Origin: Podarcis vaucheri
Taxonomy: Eukaryota
Direction: 5' to 3' (one strand)
NCBI GenBank assembly: GCA_965113315.1
Contig: OZ220364.1
DNA: 64,000 bases
Position numbers and translations under genes: made by a program. Positions 48,637-61,219 of the stretch are shown piece by piece (within the stretch, counting starts at the first letter, position 1; every line of letters begins with the position of its first letter). Below the pieces are notes generated by a model, which ran no database searches, was not told the origin of the DNA, and was given only the letters and a program-made list of their open reading frames with translations.

Positions 48637-50935
48637 CTACTGTAGTAGTGGTTGAAAGAGAGCTAAGCAGTAGGGTGTGGGTTCCTCCTCTCTAGGCATG
48701 TTCATTCCTTCTAAGGGGTGGGCTCCATAGCCATAAAAGTTGTAGCCTTAACTCTAGAAGCGTCTCAATATTGCTTAAAACATACACCGTACCCCCCCCC
48801 ATCTGTATGCTTGGACAGAAAACATGAAGAACAGCACCTTTCCAAATGCCCTTGCACAGGGACAGAGCTTAGAAATGCCTCACTGCCAGGAAGAAAAGTG
48901 CTAGTGACCAAAATGTAAAGTCAAAAAGTCATTTAGAGAGAAAAAAACAGAATGCAGAGCTGCTTCTTTTTCAGAATCTTTATTTCTGCCAAGCTGACAT
49001 ACTTAGATAATTGACCAGGTCAAAATCAATCACCCTGCCCTTTTCTCCCCAGGAAGTAATCATTGTCAAAATCAAATTTATGTACACAAACCAGGTGTAA
49101 AAATAAATAAACTAAATGTTAATGAAATACGCATTTCATCCATAGCTTCTGCTTCACTGCTTCAATCTCCCTCACATCACGAAGCTTCTCTCTCCCACAC
49201 ACACCTCTATTACTGCAATGTCATGCCAAGCTCCACCACCTAAACTGCAAGGCTTCTGTAGCTGCAGAGATGGGGGTGGGGAAAGGCTTCTACTAATAGC
49301 AGCAGGGAAAATGCCTTTCCCTCAACTCAATATGCACTGTCAGGAATCATCTCTGCAACGCACTAAGGCCACTATTCTACTTGCTGTTCCCCTTTCAAAA
49401 AGCAATGGATCCTACCCTGACAGTGCACAGCAGCTGAGTTGAACCATAAAATTACTGTGAATATCCCTTTAAGGGCCAGGGTAGTAGCAGAAAAGGCAGC
49501 TGCTGCTCCAGCACAGGGACAAGCAGAGCTGGAGCTGAGGTGAAGTGAAGTGCTGGGAAGGCCTTGTAATTAAAGGGGAAGGCGGAATGGTTTGTTAGGA
49601 AAGAAGCCAAGCAAAATGGATGAATTAATTGCAGCCAACAAGAACGACAGAAACAGTTTAAAGGGAAGGGGTGTGGTTTGACAGGAGCGGCACATGCCAG
49701 AATAACACGGAACAGCTGATATAGACAGAGGTCCTATTTGTAAATATCTCAGACCTATGTCTCTCATGTGATCCCAGCAGAAGCAGATGTTTCAAATGTA
49801 TGAAAAGGATGGAAGCAGGGAATCCTATAGCCTGAGAAAGTGGCAAAGGATGAAACCATAGTCGTTCATTTCTCCCCGTGGGCAGGGCAAGTAGTTAATA
49901 GTATGTACAGATGGGTTACAGCCTTGTCGAGTCAGGGCCTCTTCTGTTTTTAACTATTCTTAGTGAATGGGTGTGGAGTTTGATGCATGCTCATGCTCTC
50001 CAGCCACAGAAATGAAACACTCCTGTCCTAATCATAAAATAAGACCTCCTGTCCTAAGCTGTCAAAATGTGCTTCAGACAATGGGGTCAGTCCTGCTTTG
50101 AAAGTCCTACCTCCATACTTCACCATAAAATGCTCTTTTTGCCCTAGCAGAAATTAACAACAAAAACCTTGATATATTTTTTTTTACTCACATAAGTACT
50201 TCTCATGTAGAATTTCTTTTTCTTTTTACAGTAACGTATTTGTAAGACTACAAATTGGGAACAGGAGTTAAATTAGATGCACCATCTTATTAAAGTTTTC
50301 TTTTTATGAAAGAGGGAGGTCCTGGGTATGTTATGACATTTGTGAAAGATTACCATTGGCTGAAACCAAGAAGAATCTAGAACCTTTTAACCAGTAACTG
50401 TTTTTCAGTTGTTGAGGACTGCCAAGTTCTATATCTGTGCAATGCAACCAAGCCCCTGTAAATACAAAAATGTCTTAAAAGGTATGGGGAGCCTGTGGCT
50501 CTCTTGATGTTGTTCAACTCTGGCTCCTATCAACCCCGGGCAGCATGGACAACATTTAAGGATGAAGAGAGTTGTAGATCAACAACTTTAGGAAGGTCAC
50601 AAGCTATGCCCCACCATCTGTGCTTTAAAATATGGGCCACGTGATTTAATTTGCAGGAAATCAAAGATGAAAAGGGATCATGGATAGACTTCTTTTAGGA
50701 AGGCTGCCATAATTTACCTCTAAATGACAATATATCTGTTAGTAACCTTACACTGTTTGGTTTTCCATGGTTATGTTGCTTCACTTGAAATCCAACAAAA
50801 AGGAAAGGGAGAATGCTCTGTGAATGCAACCAAGAATGACCCACTAACAAATACCTCAGGATAAATGGCGTACTCTAGGCAAATCATAAAATAAGTGTAT
50901 ACTTGAGAACTATATGTAAGTGTGACACGTATGAA

Positions 50936-51059
50936 GATTATTTGTGGGGCATAGGAATTTGTTCATTCCCCCCCCCAAAGAAAAATATAGTCCTACCCCC
51001 CTCCCAAGGTCTGAGGGATAGTGGACTGGCCCCCTGCTGAAAAAGTTTGCTGACCCCTG
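50936..51059 (-). mobile_element. hAT MITE fragment (same family as 44401, inverted)
   Basis: Reverse complement of the first ~120 nt of the 44401 element. Confidence 0.8.
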
Positions 51060-51929
51060 CTTTGTAGCTTCCCGTTTTGCTAAGTTAGAATATATATGAC
51101 TGCCTCTTTAAATTCCATGTAACTTTTAAAAGAAGGTGGTGATAACCCTAAACTACAGGATCTTGTGCCAACTGGCTGCTGGGGAATAGGGCTAATCTAG
51201 CCAAGGAGTTTAGGGAAAGCCAGAAACAGAAACCAAATCTGATTAAAAAGGACATTTCAGAAAGCAACAAACACAGCTGCCATTTCCCGGCCAGTTCCTG
51301 CAAGGTTGGGGGAGGGAGCAGAGGAAAGAGGGCTGTTTGCATCAAGATGCTGTAAGCAGGGGAAGAGACAGCTCTGGTCTCCCACTCACCTAGCTGCCAG
51401 TCACCGGGGATTCCCTATGCCCACACCCCACCTCCACACATACACAAAGGGTTCTCTCACCCCTAACCATCATCCAGCCAAACCACATTTGCAGCCTCCC
51501 TCATGGTACTAAGATCTTGGCCTCTCAACTTCCGAAATACATGGAAGACTGCCATCAGAAATTGCCCCATACCACCTACATACAAATAACACTTCCTGTA
51601 CACATGCTAAACCACCAGTATCAGAAACAGTATTTGAAGGGGACCCACAGTAACTAGTAAATCCTTCCGGTGTCCAATATGAAAACTAGGGCAAACCCAA
51701 ATTTCGGTGCCATAATCCCAGATTATAATCTCCATCCACAAAGCAGAATTCCTGGGTTTTCTTCCACAGACTTATCAAAAAGGCATTTCTGTCTCCAAAC
51801 ACCAGCCCTGTTCAGGATATTAATGACTTGCGTATGTGCTAATAAGATTCCCAGGTACCTGCATCCTTGTTTACAAACCATTCTCTCCATAAGCGGCATC
51901 ACCAAATTTAGAGATCCCTAAAGGGAAGC

Positions 51930-53740
51930 CAGGATTCCCGGGTCACGTCCCTACTCCCAGGAAGGGAGCGACCTTTTCTCGTCGATCTAGTGAGATCCTT
52001 AGCGAAGCCCACAGATCCCATCTTCCCACAGCCTTATCTCCCCAGACTCAAGGACCTGCAGCCCTCCTCGCCGCCATGGAAGAAGAGCTGGAGCCCAGGG
52101 AGCGGCCGCGCAAAACCGACCGCCACTCTCTCCAGGCCAACTAAGGGCACCCGACAAAACACTCAGGGCGCCTTTCCCCCAACTTCCAAGTGGAGTTAAA
52201 ACACATCCAATTCCCACCTCCTATACACTAAGCCACAATGCCAACGCCGCCGCCATTCTTCTCCGGGAGCAAAACCCCAAACGCTTCCAGCCCAAAGGCC
52301 AGGCCTTGCCCTTCTTCAGTTCGCCTGCGGAGGTGAGCGAAGCGGCGGCCACGCTCCCCTCGCTCGACGCTGCCGCTACCGGGACTCGCCAGCCTCCTCC
52401 TCCTCCCCATCGACTACCGCGCCATGCCGGGCTGGGGAAGACGGGAGCCCCGCCGCATCGACGTGAGGGCGAGAGCCGGTGCCCCGCGGGGCCTGCTCCC
52501 AACTCCAGCCCGTCGTCGTCGTCGTCCCCACACGACTCCTGAGAGAAGTTGGCGCGGCGCTTCGAACACGCGCAGCCCCCGGGAGGCGTTGTGTCTTCGG
52601 CAACGGGCTTCTCCTCCCCCCCCCCCACCGAAGGAGCCTCTTTTCTCCTCAGGGCTTTTGGGGTGGGGTGGGGGGAGGGGAAGAGGAGGAGGAGGAGGCC
52701 CCCCGTCTCACCCCAAAGCGGGAGGGCTTCGTGTCCTCCCTCACACTCCCTCGCCTGACTAGGCCTTCGCCCCTCACTTCGGGAGAGAGGAATGAGGGAA
52801 ACCAACCGCCGCCGCCGGCCGCCCTCCCCCACCTACGATGAAACTTGCTTCGCTCCCTCTCCCCCCCCCCCCAACACCTCACAACGACTCGGGCCAAACT
52901 TCTCTCGGCTCCCCCTCAGGGGCCACGTCTTTCTCATACGCACCTTCCCTCTCCCCCCCCCCCCCGCCGTCCGCATTTTGGTTCAGCCCCACGCATTACT
53001 CTCTCTCTTTCCTCTCCCCACCCCCACCCCGCCTCGCGCGCGCGCACCTCACACTCCGGACGCCTCACCTGAGGGAGGTGTCAGCCGGCTCTTCACATGG
53101 CCCCGCCGCGCTGAGGGAAAGGTCGGACCCCGCGCCGCAGCATGGCCTGCGGGAAAGGGTGGGCGGCGGCGGCGGCGGCCACCGGCTGAGGCTGGTGCGA
53201 GGGGAGGAGGGTGGCGCAGGCCGAAGCCGCACCAGGCGAGGCCGTCGTCGTCGTCGTCGTCTCTGGCCAGGAAGCCGAGCTCAGCCAACGAACGAGCGAA
53301 GGAGCGAGCGCCGGGGCGAGCGTCGTCGGCTGAGGCGCCTCGCCGCCGGGTCCTAGCGCCCCGCCGCCTGCGCCGCCGTGACCGCGCCAAGGCTTGACCC
53401 GGCAAACACCGCCGCTGAGGAGAGGAAGGGGAGGGCGAGCGAGCGGGGTTCCTCGGCGGGAGACCCTCCAAATAAACAAACCCGTAACCAGATGCACAAA
53501 GGGGTAGCGGGTAAAGTTGGCTGCGGAAGCGGAGGGAAAGCCCTGCAAAAGGAGTGGGTGGAATTGGAGAAAAAGACCTCTTCCTCTTCTGACACCGTGC
53601 AACTCAGCTCCGGGCGAAAGGGATGCCCACGTTTCGTATGGAAGAGGAGGATCAGGGTTCGATTCCCGGCCACGTGGGGAAAGGTAACAAGCTTGTTGTC
53701 TCCTGCTCTTCTCGAGGGTAGGACTCGAACCCGCGGCTCC
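51930..53740. promoter_or_regulatory. CpG island / BAZ2A promoter
   Basis: Very GC- and CpG-rich, with GGC and GTC triplet runs, GC boxes, YY1-like GCCGCCAT motifs (about 52070 and 52250) and an E-box CACGTG near 53671. Confidence 0.85.
53069..53400 (-). other. BAZ2A: putative non-coding exon 1 (5'UTR) of BAZ2A
   Basis: Lies in the CpG island and ends at a strong donor CCCTCAG|gtgagg; the 5' boundary is approximate. Confidence 0.6.
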
Positions 53741-53965
53741 AAGTTGCAAGGAAGGAGAGAGGATACCAGGAAGAACTTTCTGGCAGGAAGATCTGTTGGA
53801 CAGTGGAATGGTCTGCCACGGGAGGTTGTGGGCTCTCCTTCCTTGGAGGTTATAAAGCAAGAGGTTGGGTGGCCAACAGTCATGGATGCTTTAGCTGAGA
53901 TTCCTGCTTTGCAGTGGGTTGGACTAGATGACCCTCCGGGGTCTGCAAAATCTACAATTCTATGA
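53733..53965 (+). mobile_element. CR1 LINE 3' fragment
   Basis: Translation RKNFLAGRSVGQWNGLPREVVGSPSLEVIKQ matches the CR1 ORF2 C-terminus; followed by a ggactagatgacc...ttctatga tail. Confidence 0.85.
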
Positions 53966-54026
53966 AACCCTGCGGAGAGCCGCTCGGAGGAGCAGGCAAA
54001 ACCAACCAACCAGGCCTGGCTCAGTA

Positions 54027-54266
54027 CAGTGGTACCTCGGGTAACATATGCTTCAGGTTACATACGCTTCAGGTTACAGACTCCGCTAACCCAAAAATAG
54101 TGCTTCAGGAAGAACTTTGCTTCAGGATAAGAACAGAAATCGTGCTCCGGTGGCGCAGCGACAGTAGGGGGCCCCATTAGCTAAAGTGGTGCTTCAGGTT
54201 AAGAACAGTTTCAGGTTAAGAACGGACCTCCAGAACGAATTAAGTACTTAACCCAAGGTACTACTG
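54027..54266 (+). mobile_element. Tc1/mariner (Tigger-like) MITE
   Basis: TA|cagtggtacctcggg...cccaaggtactactg|TA. Confidence 0.85.
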
Positions 54267-55479
54267 TATATGGTTGCTTCCTCCTGCCCTTTGAAAATGT
54301 CTTATCCTTCAAGTCAGGGGTGGCTAACCCCTGTTGCTGAGCTGCAATACTAGACCCCCCAGGGCAAGGGAGTAAATGGGATGGAGTGATGGGAGTTGTA
54401 GTCCAGCAACATCTGGAGGGCAACAAGTGAGCCACCCTTGAGCTGAATGCACACCATATGTTTAAAGAATCCTAGGTACTGTTGCTCACCCCTCATAGAG
54501 CTACAATTCCCAGCACCCTTAACAAACTACAGTCCCCAGGATTCTTGGGGTGAGTGTCCTTTAAATGTATGATATGTACACAAGCTTGTATGCCACCTTT
54601 CTGGGCTAGCGTCCTCTCATTCCATGCTAGGGTGGGACGGGAGCGGTTAAGGATAGGCACACTGTACCTGCTCTGAGTGTCTACCTACACAGGTTTGCCG
54701 TCTGCATTCACATTACTTGGTGAACAACACAGCAGCTGTTGCAATGATTTGCATGTGTGAGTGAACCATCACTGGTTAAACGCTACTCATATATATACTT
54801 GAAACACAGCAATCTTGGTGCAGAGGCTTCGCTTTTTCAGAACCCAAACCTGGCCTTGAACTCTAGCTTGGGATTAACCTAATGCAAATGTGCTTTATGG
54901 GGATAAAAACAGGGAGAAGCCATGTAAACACTAAAGATACGGTTGCAAATCAAACTGTCAAATGATGGGAAAGCAAATGATGTGCTCCAGCTCTCAGTTT
55001 CTCTCTGTTGTTAACTTCACCTGTTCAACGGCCGCATCCTGGCATTCTGTAAACAAGTTTCAGGGCAAAACCCTAGTTTGATGTGGAGAGTCTACAGCAG
55101 GGGTGGGGAACACATAGTCCACATTGGTGGTCTCCAGCTCCTAGCACTCATGCGCAATGGTCAGGTTTAGTGAGAATTGTAGCCCACAGGTTCCTCATTT
55201 CTGGTCTAGTTGAGAGTGAGGAGCAGTGATTTTTAATTTTTTCAAGTGAGGCATGGTTGATGGAGGGGGACAATGCTAAAGCAATGAGGGAGGGAGAGCC
55301 TGATTACATGACAATAGTAGCTTCTCATTTTTTAGATGTATGACTGCTGGATTTGTGCCAGCATGGACAGTGGCTAGGAAGATGGGAATAAGGATGCTGT
55401 AGTGCAGAAGGCTCATATTGGTGCTGTGTTGTTGCTGCTGGAATGGCATTTACTAGAATTGTGGTCACCTAGTGGCAAG

Positions 55480-55823
55480 TGGCAAGACTCTTGAGAGTCC
55501 CATGGACTGCAAGAAGATCAAACCTCTCCATTCTTAAGGAAATCAGCCCTGAGTGCTCACTGGAAGGACAGATCCTGAAAGCTGAGGCTCCAATACTTTG
55601 GCCACCTCATGAGAAGAGAAGACTCCCTGGAAAAGACCCTGATGTTGGGAAAGATGGAGGGCACAAGGAGAAGGGGACGACCAAGGACAAGATGGTTGGA
55701 TAGTCTTCTCGAAGCTACCAGCCTGAGTTTGACCAAACTGCAGGAGGCAGTGGAAGACAGGAGGGCTTGGCGTGCTCTGGTCCATGGGGTCAGGAAGAGT
55801 CGGATACGACTAAACAACAACAA
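55480..55823 (+). mobile_element. RTE-BovB LINE 3' fragment (frameshifted)
   Basis: RLLRVPWTARRSNLSILKEISPECSLEG / MRREDSLEKTLMLGKMEGTRRRGRPRTRWLD; (CAA)n tail. Confidence 0.92.
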
Positions 55824-55959
55824 ATGCCGACCAACACTAAAGAAAGATTCCTTAATTCAAAGGAGCAACAAGACTAAAAGGAAGATGGTTGATACTTATA
55901 AAATTAGAGGAATGACCCAGCTCCTTGTTTTGCCCACAGATGGCAACAAAGCGAGATAG

Positions 55960-56340
55960 ATTAATTAATTAAATTTACAGCCCACCTTTCCTTGATACCA
56001 ATACCAGGGCAGGTCACACTCCAAAATAAATTACAACAACCAAGTCAATTAAAAAGCAAATTCATCAAAATACAAAACAGGTGCAGCTAAAAAACCAACA
56101 ACCCAGCGAAGGCTAAAATGATCACCCACTAAAGAGTTAAGATAATTAAGATACCTGAGCAAACAAATGCTGTGAATTGACACAATAGCAATGTCAGCAC
56201 CTGTTGTACTTGTGAGGAGGGCATTCCACAGACCATGGAGAAGGTTCCACCTCTTAAGGCACATGGGAAAGAGCCTCCTTAAAGCAAAGGGGGGGGGTGT
56301 CACAAGGGAAGGCAAGCTTTTCGATGTCATTGCACTCAAA
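55960..56340 (-). mobile_element. L2-type LINE 3' fragment
   Basis: Tail plus reverse-strand LWNAL motif (ggcattccacag). Confidence 0.45.
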
Positions 56341-57270
56341 TAAATGGGAGGCTCTCATGTGGGAGGGTAGAAGGAAAGCCAGGATAGAATCATAGAGTTG
56401 GAATAGACCACAAGGGCCTGCAAGTCCAACCCCCTGCCAAGCAGGATGAGAACCTTATTTCTGGGGTCATTGTGGAAATATAGAAACTTGCCAGACAATC
56501 TGCAATGACTGGCTTCCAACGCTTTGAGGTAGTGACAGGTCGTTCAGCAGAGGCACGTAAGGGATGTTCCTATAAAAAAAACTGATGGAGGAAAGAAATT
56601 CCACAAGATAGGCCTTTTGATACCAGGAGGATGAAGGCGTAATTACCAAGTTACAGGGGTCAGCACCCTGAGTCCAAAAAAACAATACAATGAGGAAGAA
56701 TTTCTGTAGGCTGGTGATGGAGCACGCTACATATTATTAGTTCTTTGGGCTGACTCTTCAGCTCAGGAGTTATAACATTATCTTTTGCTGCTCAATAAGT
56801 GCCATCTCTGGATGTGACCAAGAAAAATAAAGTTTATGTGCCTATCTCCCCTAAAATGTACACTCACCATGGGCTTGGGAGTTCCATCAGCATATATTTG
56901 TCTCAGCACACTTTTCTAAAAGTGAATGAGGTATTATTTGTTCCACTCCTCTCATTACACTGGTGTATATGATGTTCCTCATGCTTTTTTTAAAAAAAAC
57001 GTGCCTTTGCTGCTTTGTGTGCCCACTGTGACATTTTAGTTAGTCCTAATAAAGGCAAGTGACTTTATTTTAGACGAACATTTTATACTGGTGAAAAATG
57101 ACATGTATCAAACTGTAGCTGTGGGGAAGACATATGGGGGAAAGTGTCTAAATTTCGTGCTACGAAAGGTCAAGTCTCTCAACCATGTGCAATTTCCTCC
57201 AATATGTTTTTGGTTTTCCTTTCTTTTATTTTTTGGCTGCTTATATCCCCTTAGTGCTTCAACCTTTTGA

Positions 57271-57318
57271 AGTGTGTGTGTGTGCGCGTCCGTGTGTGTG
57301 TGTGTGTGTGTGTGCGTG
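57271..57318. repeat. interrupted (TG)n microsatellite
   Basis: Directly visible. Confidence 0.9.
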
Positions 57319-59509
57319 CATGCGTGCTGCTTAAAAGCAAATGATGGAGCTAAACTTCCCCTACTGAGTTCCAAGTTACTGAAGACTTGATAGCCCCGAT
57401 CGCAATTTTGTGGGCGGTTGCTTCACTTCATGGCACTCTGATCTGTATAGTTCTAGGATTAACACAATTCACAGGCTGAAGTACTAGCAAATCTTTCAGG
57501 GCTGGTATACTCTGAACAGCTTCTGACAAGCCTGCACAACGGACGCGTATGTTGGGCCTTCAAAGCTGTGGTGCTCTCCCCTGTGCAGATACGCTCCACT
57601 CCCTGCCAGCTCTGGCGTTGCAGCACTTGTGGTTATTAGGAGACTGGAGCTGCCAGAGCCCTGCCAGCTCTTCCTTCCCTGAGATGCAGAGGCCAGCATC
57701 AACAGAGCCCAAAAATTACATCTCTTGTGGCTACAGGACAAGCTGAGCCAGAGGACAAGGGGAAAGACACCAGAGGGCAGATGGAGGACACAGGAAGAAC
57801 ACACACACAATCCCACAAACAGAAGAGATTCGTAGAAAAATATATACATCCCTGTGCTCTCGCCCTGCCCAGAAAGGGCAGTAGGGAAATCCAGAATTTA
57901 CAGGGAGCACAGATATTTTTTTTGGGGGGGAGGAATGAGACAGAACAAACCTTCCTCAGTTCCCAATTAGCTCCATTCTGTGCTGAATCCAGGCAGCTGA
58001 GTCAGCCAGACGCAGCAAAACAACTCATCATTGTTATCTAGCCTCAGCTCAGCCTCCCACCTCAAAGCGTTGGAAGCCAGTCATTAATTAATCATTGTTT
58101 AGGGGTTTGGCTGTGCTCTGCCGAAGGAGAAACTGAGGCACAGATTGCTGCGGTGCGGCCCAGCACTCTCATCAAGGTCTCACGCAGTCAGCAGAAGGAG
58201 GGAGACTCCAGGGTCACAGTGCTGCCTGCTCCCTCTTATCACATGCTCACCGTAGCTCTGCAGGCTTTGCTGAAAGTGTCAGTATTTGCAGTCCACTCAA
58301 GGCTGGGTGCAAGCCTTTATGGAGAGATCCTTTACCTGCAAATGTGCTGCCCCCTCCGCCACCCACCAAGCAACTTCTACCCCACGAGGCTTTTAAGACA
58401 GCCTTTGCCAACTTGTGCCTTCCAGGTGTTTTGGAAGACCACTCACATCAACTCCAGCCATCACAGCTTAATGGAATCCTACCACATACGGTAGGTCCTG
58501 GTGCTAATGGATAGTCAAATGAAACATTTGCTGAAGAACACAAAACATCATATTTCTTGGGGCTGGAGAATTAAAAGAGCCCCCTCATTTTATTTTATTT
58601 TTAAAAAACCCACAACACACCATCATTCTGTTCCCCGCTTCCACAAAACATGAAGGTGTTAAAAGCGTATTTGCCACTCCAATATTCCAATAAGGAATCC
58701 ATGCTCCTGAAATCGTAATCCTCTAGCAGTAAATTAAAGCTGTCAATAAGGCCCACAGCATCACCACTATGAATCAGGCTACCGCAAAGAAAAATAAGCT
58801 TATGGTTTAGGATGTAACCCTAAATACAATTTACCTGGGAGTGAGTCCCATTTTTAACTCAGTGGGACTTGCATAGGATTGCACCGTAAGGGAGAACAGT
58901 CAATGTCCCATTGGAATCAACACTGACTTCTTTTTATTAATCTGGATTATACCTGCATCTGTACCATTATGTACTGCCCTATGTATTCTGAACTAAATAC
59001 ATTTGTGAACTATTGTGTAAGATGCCTGATGTGGATGATCAAGTGAAGATCACATATTTGTTGTCTGGATCCAGTAAGTTCATGAGTTGCAAGATTCGCA
59101 GTTGCAGCCCCAAAACTGAGAACGTTCATCAATATGGTGGACTATAAAGACTTATTGATAATGTAATACAGAAACTTATATACATTAAATTCAGACCTAC
59201 ACAAATATGTATAACTTGGTTATCACTGTATTTTAACAGGGTATCTATGCATATTCTATGCACAGCATGCATATAATAGTCCCCCCTTTTTTTGGTTGCA
59301 ATGACCAGGATGGTCACAACAACAAATAAACTTTGACTTGATACCCAACATTCCCGCCCCCAAACACACAATGCAATGCAATCTCATTCAGCTATTAAAG
59401 GTAAACCCCATTGAGTTCAATGCTTCTTCCTCCCAGGTAAGTAAGTATAGGATTGCAGTTGCAATTTCGTTAAAAGAGAATATGGGGGGGGGGGGCTAAC
59501 TTGCCAGGA

Positions 59510-59663
59510 AGCCAGGTCATCTGCCTCACAAAGAGGAAGCAATGCTTTTGAATACCAGTTGCTGGATCCTGCTTCTGGGTTTCTGCAAAGGGATCTGTAA
59601 GACCAGGATGCTGAACTAGACAGGCCATTGGCTTCTTCCATCAGGCTTTTCTAATGTTCTTAC
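59510..59663 (+). mobile_element. CR1-like 3' end
   Basis: gaataccagttgctgg...gatgctgaactagacaggccattggc...ttctaatgttctta. Confidence 0.5.
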
Positions 59664-60867
59664 AAGCCCCCACCCTTAATGCTGACTAAGTGGTGGCAGA
59701 CTGTGGCTTCAGTTATGAGGAAAAGACACTCTATGCACACACAAACGTGCCTCTCTTTATTTCATCTCATATTTCGGGACAACCGTGCTGTTGAAAAAAA
59801 AGGTCAATAGCACAAAAATCCCAGCTCTTAGGCTTAAAATACGATAATTTACAGCCCAAGTATTTTGGACAGACGTGCCATTATTTTGTTTTAACAGCAA
59901 TGTTCTCTGGAGATGCAGCACATTCTGGAGTCTTGGTGCTAACGGCAAACAACACAACGTACCCTCAGTCATTCAGACATCACACAGATACAAGGGCACT
60001 GTCCTTGTAGGAGGAACACCGAGCCAGCGCCGAGTTCCTAGCTGCACAGGGTTCCAGTGACCTTGTGGGTGGGAAAACAAGGGATATCCAGCCATTTTAG
60101 GAATACACGCCTACATGATGTCACCATCCAAATACTTCCTCTCCCATGCAGATAATGTAGTTCTAGCCATGAAAACACAGTGGCTCATCTTCCAGCCTGG
60201 GGCCATTCACCACTTGCCACTAATAATCCCAGTCTGCCCAGCACCTCCAGAACCAGACTCCCTGCAGGGGGTGCTGGGATGAACCAGACAGGCCCATTAA
60301 AGCAAAAGCAGCCAGCACTCAGATCCCTTTTAACCCAATGAGTGAAGCAAGAGAAATTTGCCTGTCTCCTTTGCTGGAGGCAAAAGTAGGTTATTGAGTG
60401 AGTTGCAGAAATCTTCCTGTGTTCTCTAGCTTAGGGTGGGGGATGGAGCAGCTCTGAGAGGCTGGCTGGCTGGCTGGCAGAGGGAAACACAAAACAGATG
60501 CAGGAGAAAACCCCATCACTTTTCTTCCCCCCCCCATACACAAATATATGCCTGTCCATGCTGTGACTCAAAAGTGTGACATGTTTGGATGGAGACGTGA
60601 TGCCTGTTTGCCAACACTTGTCTGTGATAACATATTTAGATCTGCACAAGAATGGTGTTTATCTTATCTTTTCCTGCTAGATTCAAGAGATCGCCCTGCA
60701 GGTTGCCAGTTCCAGAAAGAATTAAGCAAGTGAATAATTGCTTCAGAACTCGGAAGCCATTCTTTCCCAGTGCCCCCATGGCGATAATAACACTGGCCTA
60801 CCATGCAGGACTGTTGTAAGGATTGCTGAGAACCAGGCAATATATGCAGTAGGTAATAACACTGAAA

Positions 60868-61219
60868 GGGATGCGGGTGGCGCTGTGGGTTAAACCACAG
60901 AGCCTAGGACTTGCCGATCAGAAGGTCGGTGGTTCGAATCCCCATGACGGGGTGAGATCCCGTTGTTCGGTCCTTGCTCCTGCCAACTATCAGTTCGAAA
61001 GCACATCAAAGTGCAAGTAGATAAATAGGTACCACTCCGGCAGGAAGGTAAACGGCGTTTCCGTGCGCTGCTCTGGTTCGCCAGAAGCGGCTTAGTCATG
61101 CTGGCCACGTGACCCGGAAGCTGTACGCTGGCTCCCTCGGGCAATAAAGCGAGATGAGCGCCGCAACCCCAGAGTTGGCCACGACTGGACCTAATGGTCA
61201 GGGGTCCCTTTACCTTTAC
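60868..61219 (+). mobile_element. Sauria SINE, full length (different subfamily)
   Basis: gggatgcgggtggcgctgtgg head, cctttacctttac tail; imperfect TSD aa(c/t)actgaa. Confidence 0.9.

Noticed and set aside
52221-54009. Many long overlapping ORFs (up to 255 aa)
   Set aside because: Stop-codon depletion in a GC-rich CpG island plus a CR1 remnant; low-complexity R/G/P translations.
55479-55959. RT-like ORFs
   Set aside because: Frameshifted, 5'-truncated BovB remnant, not a host gene.
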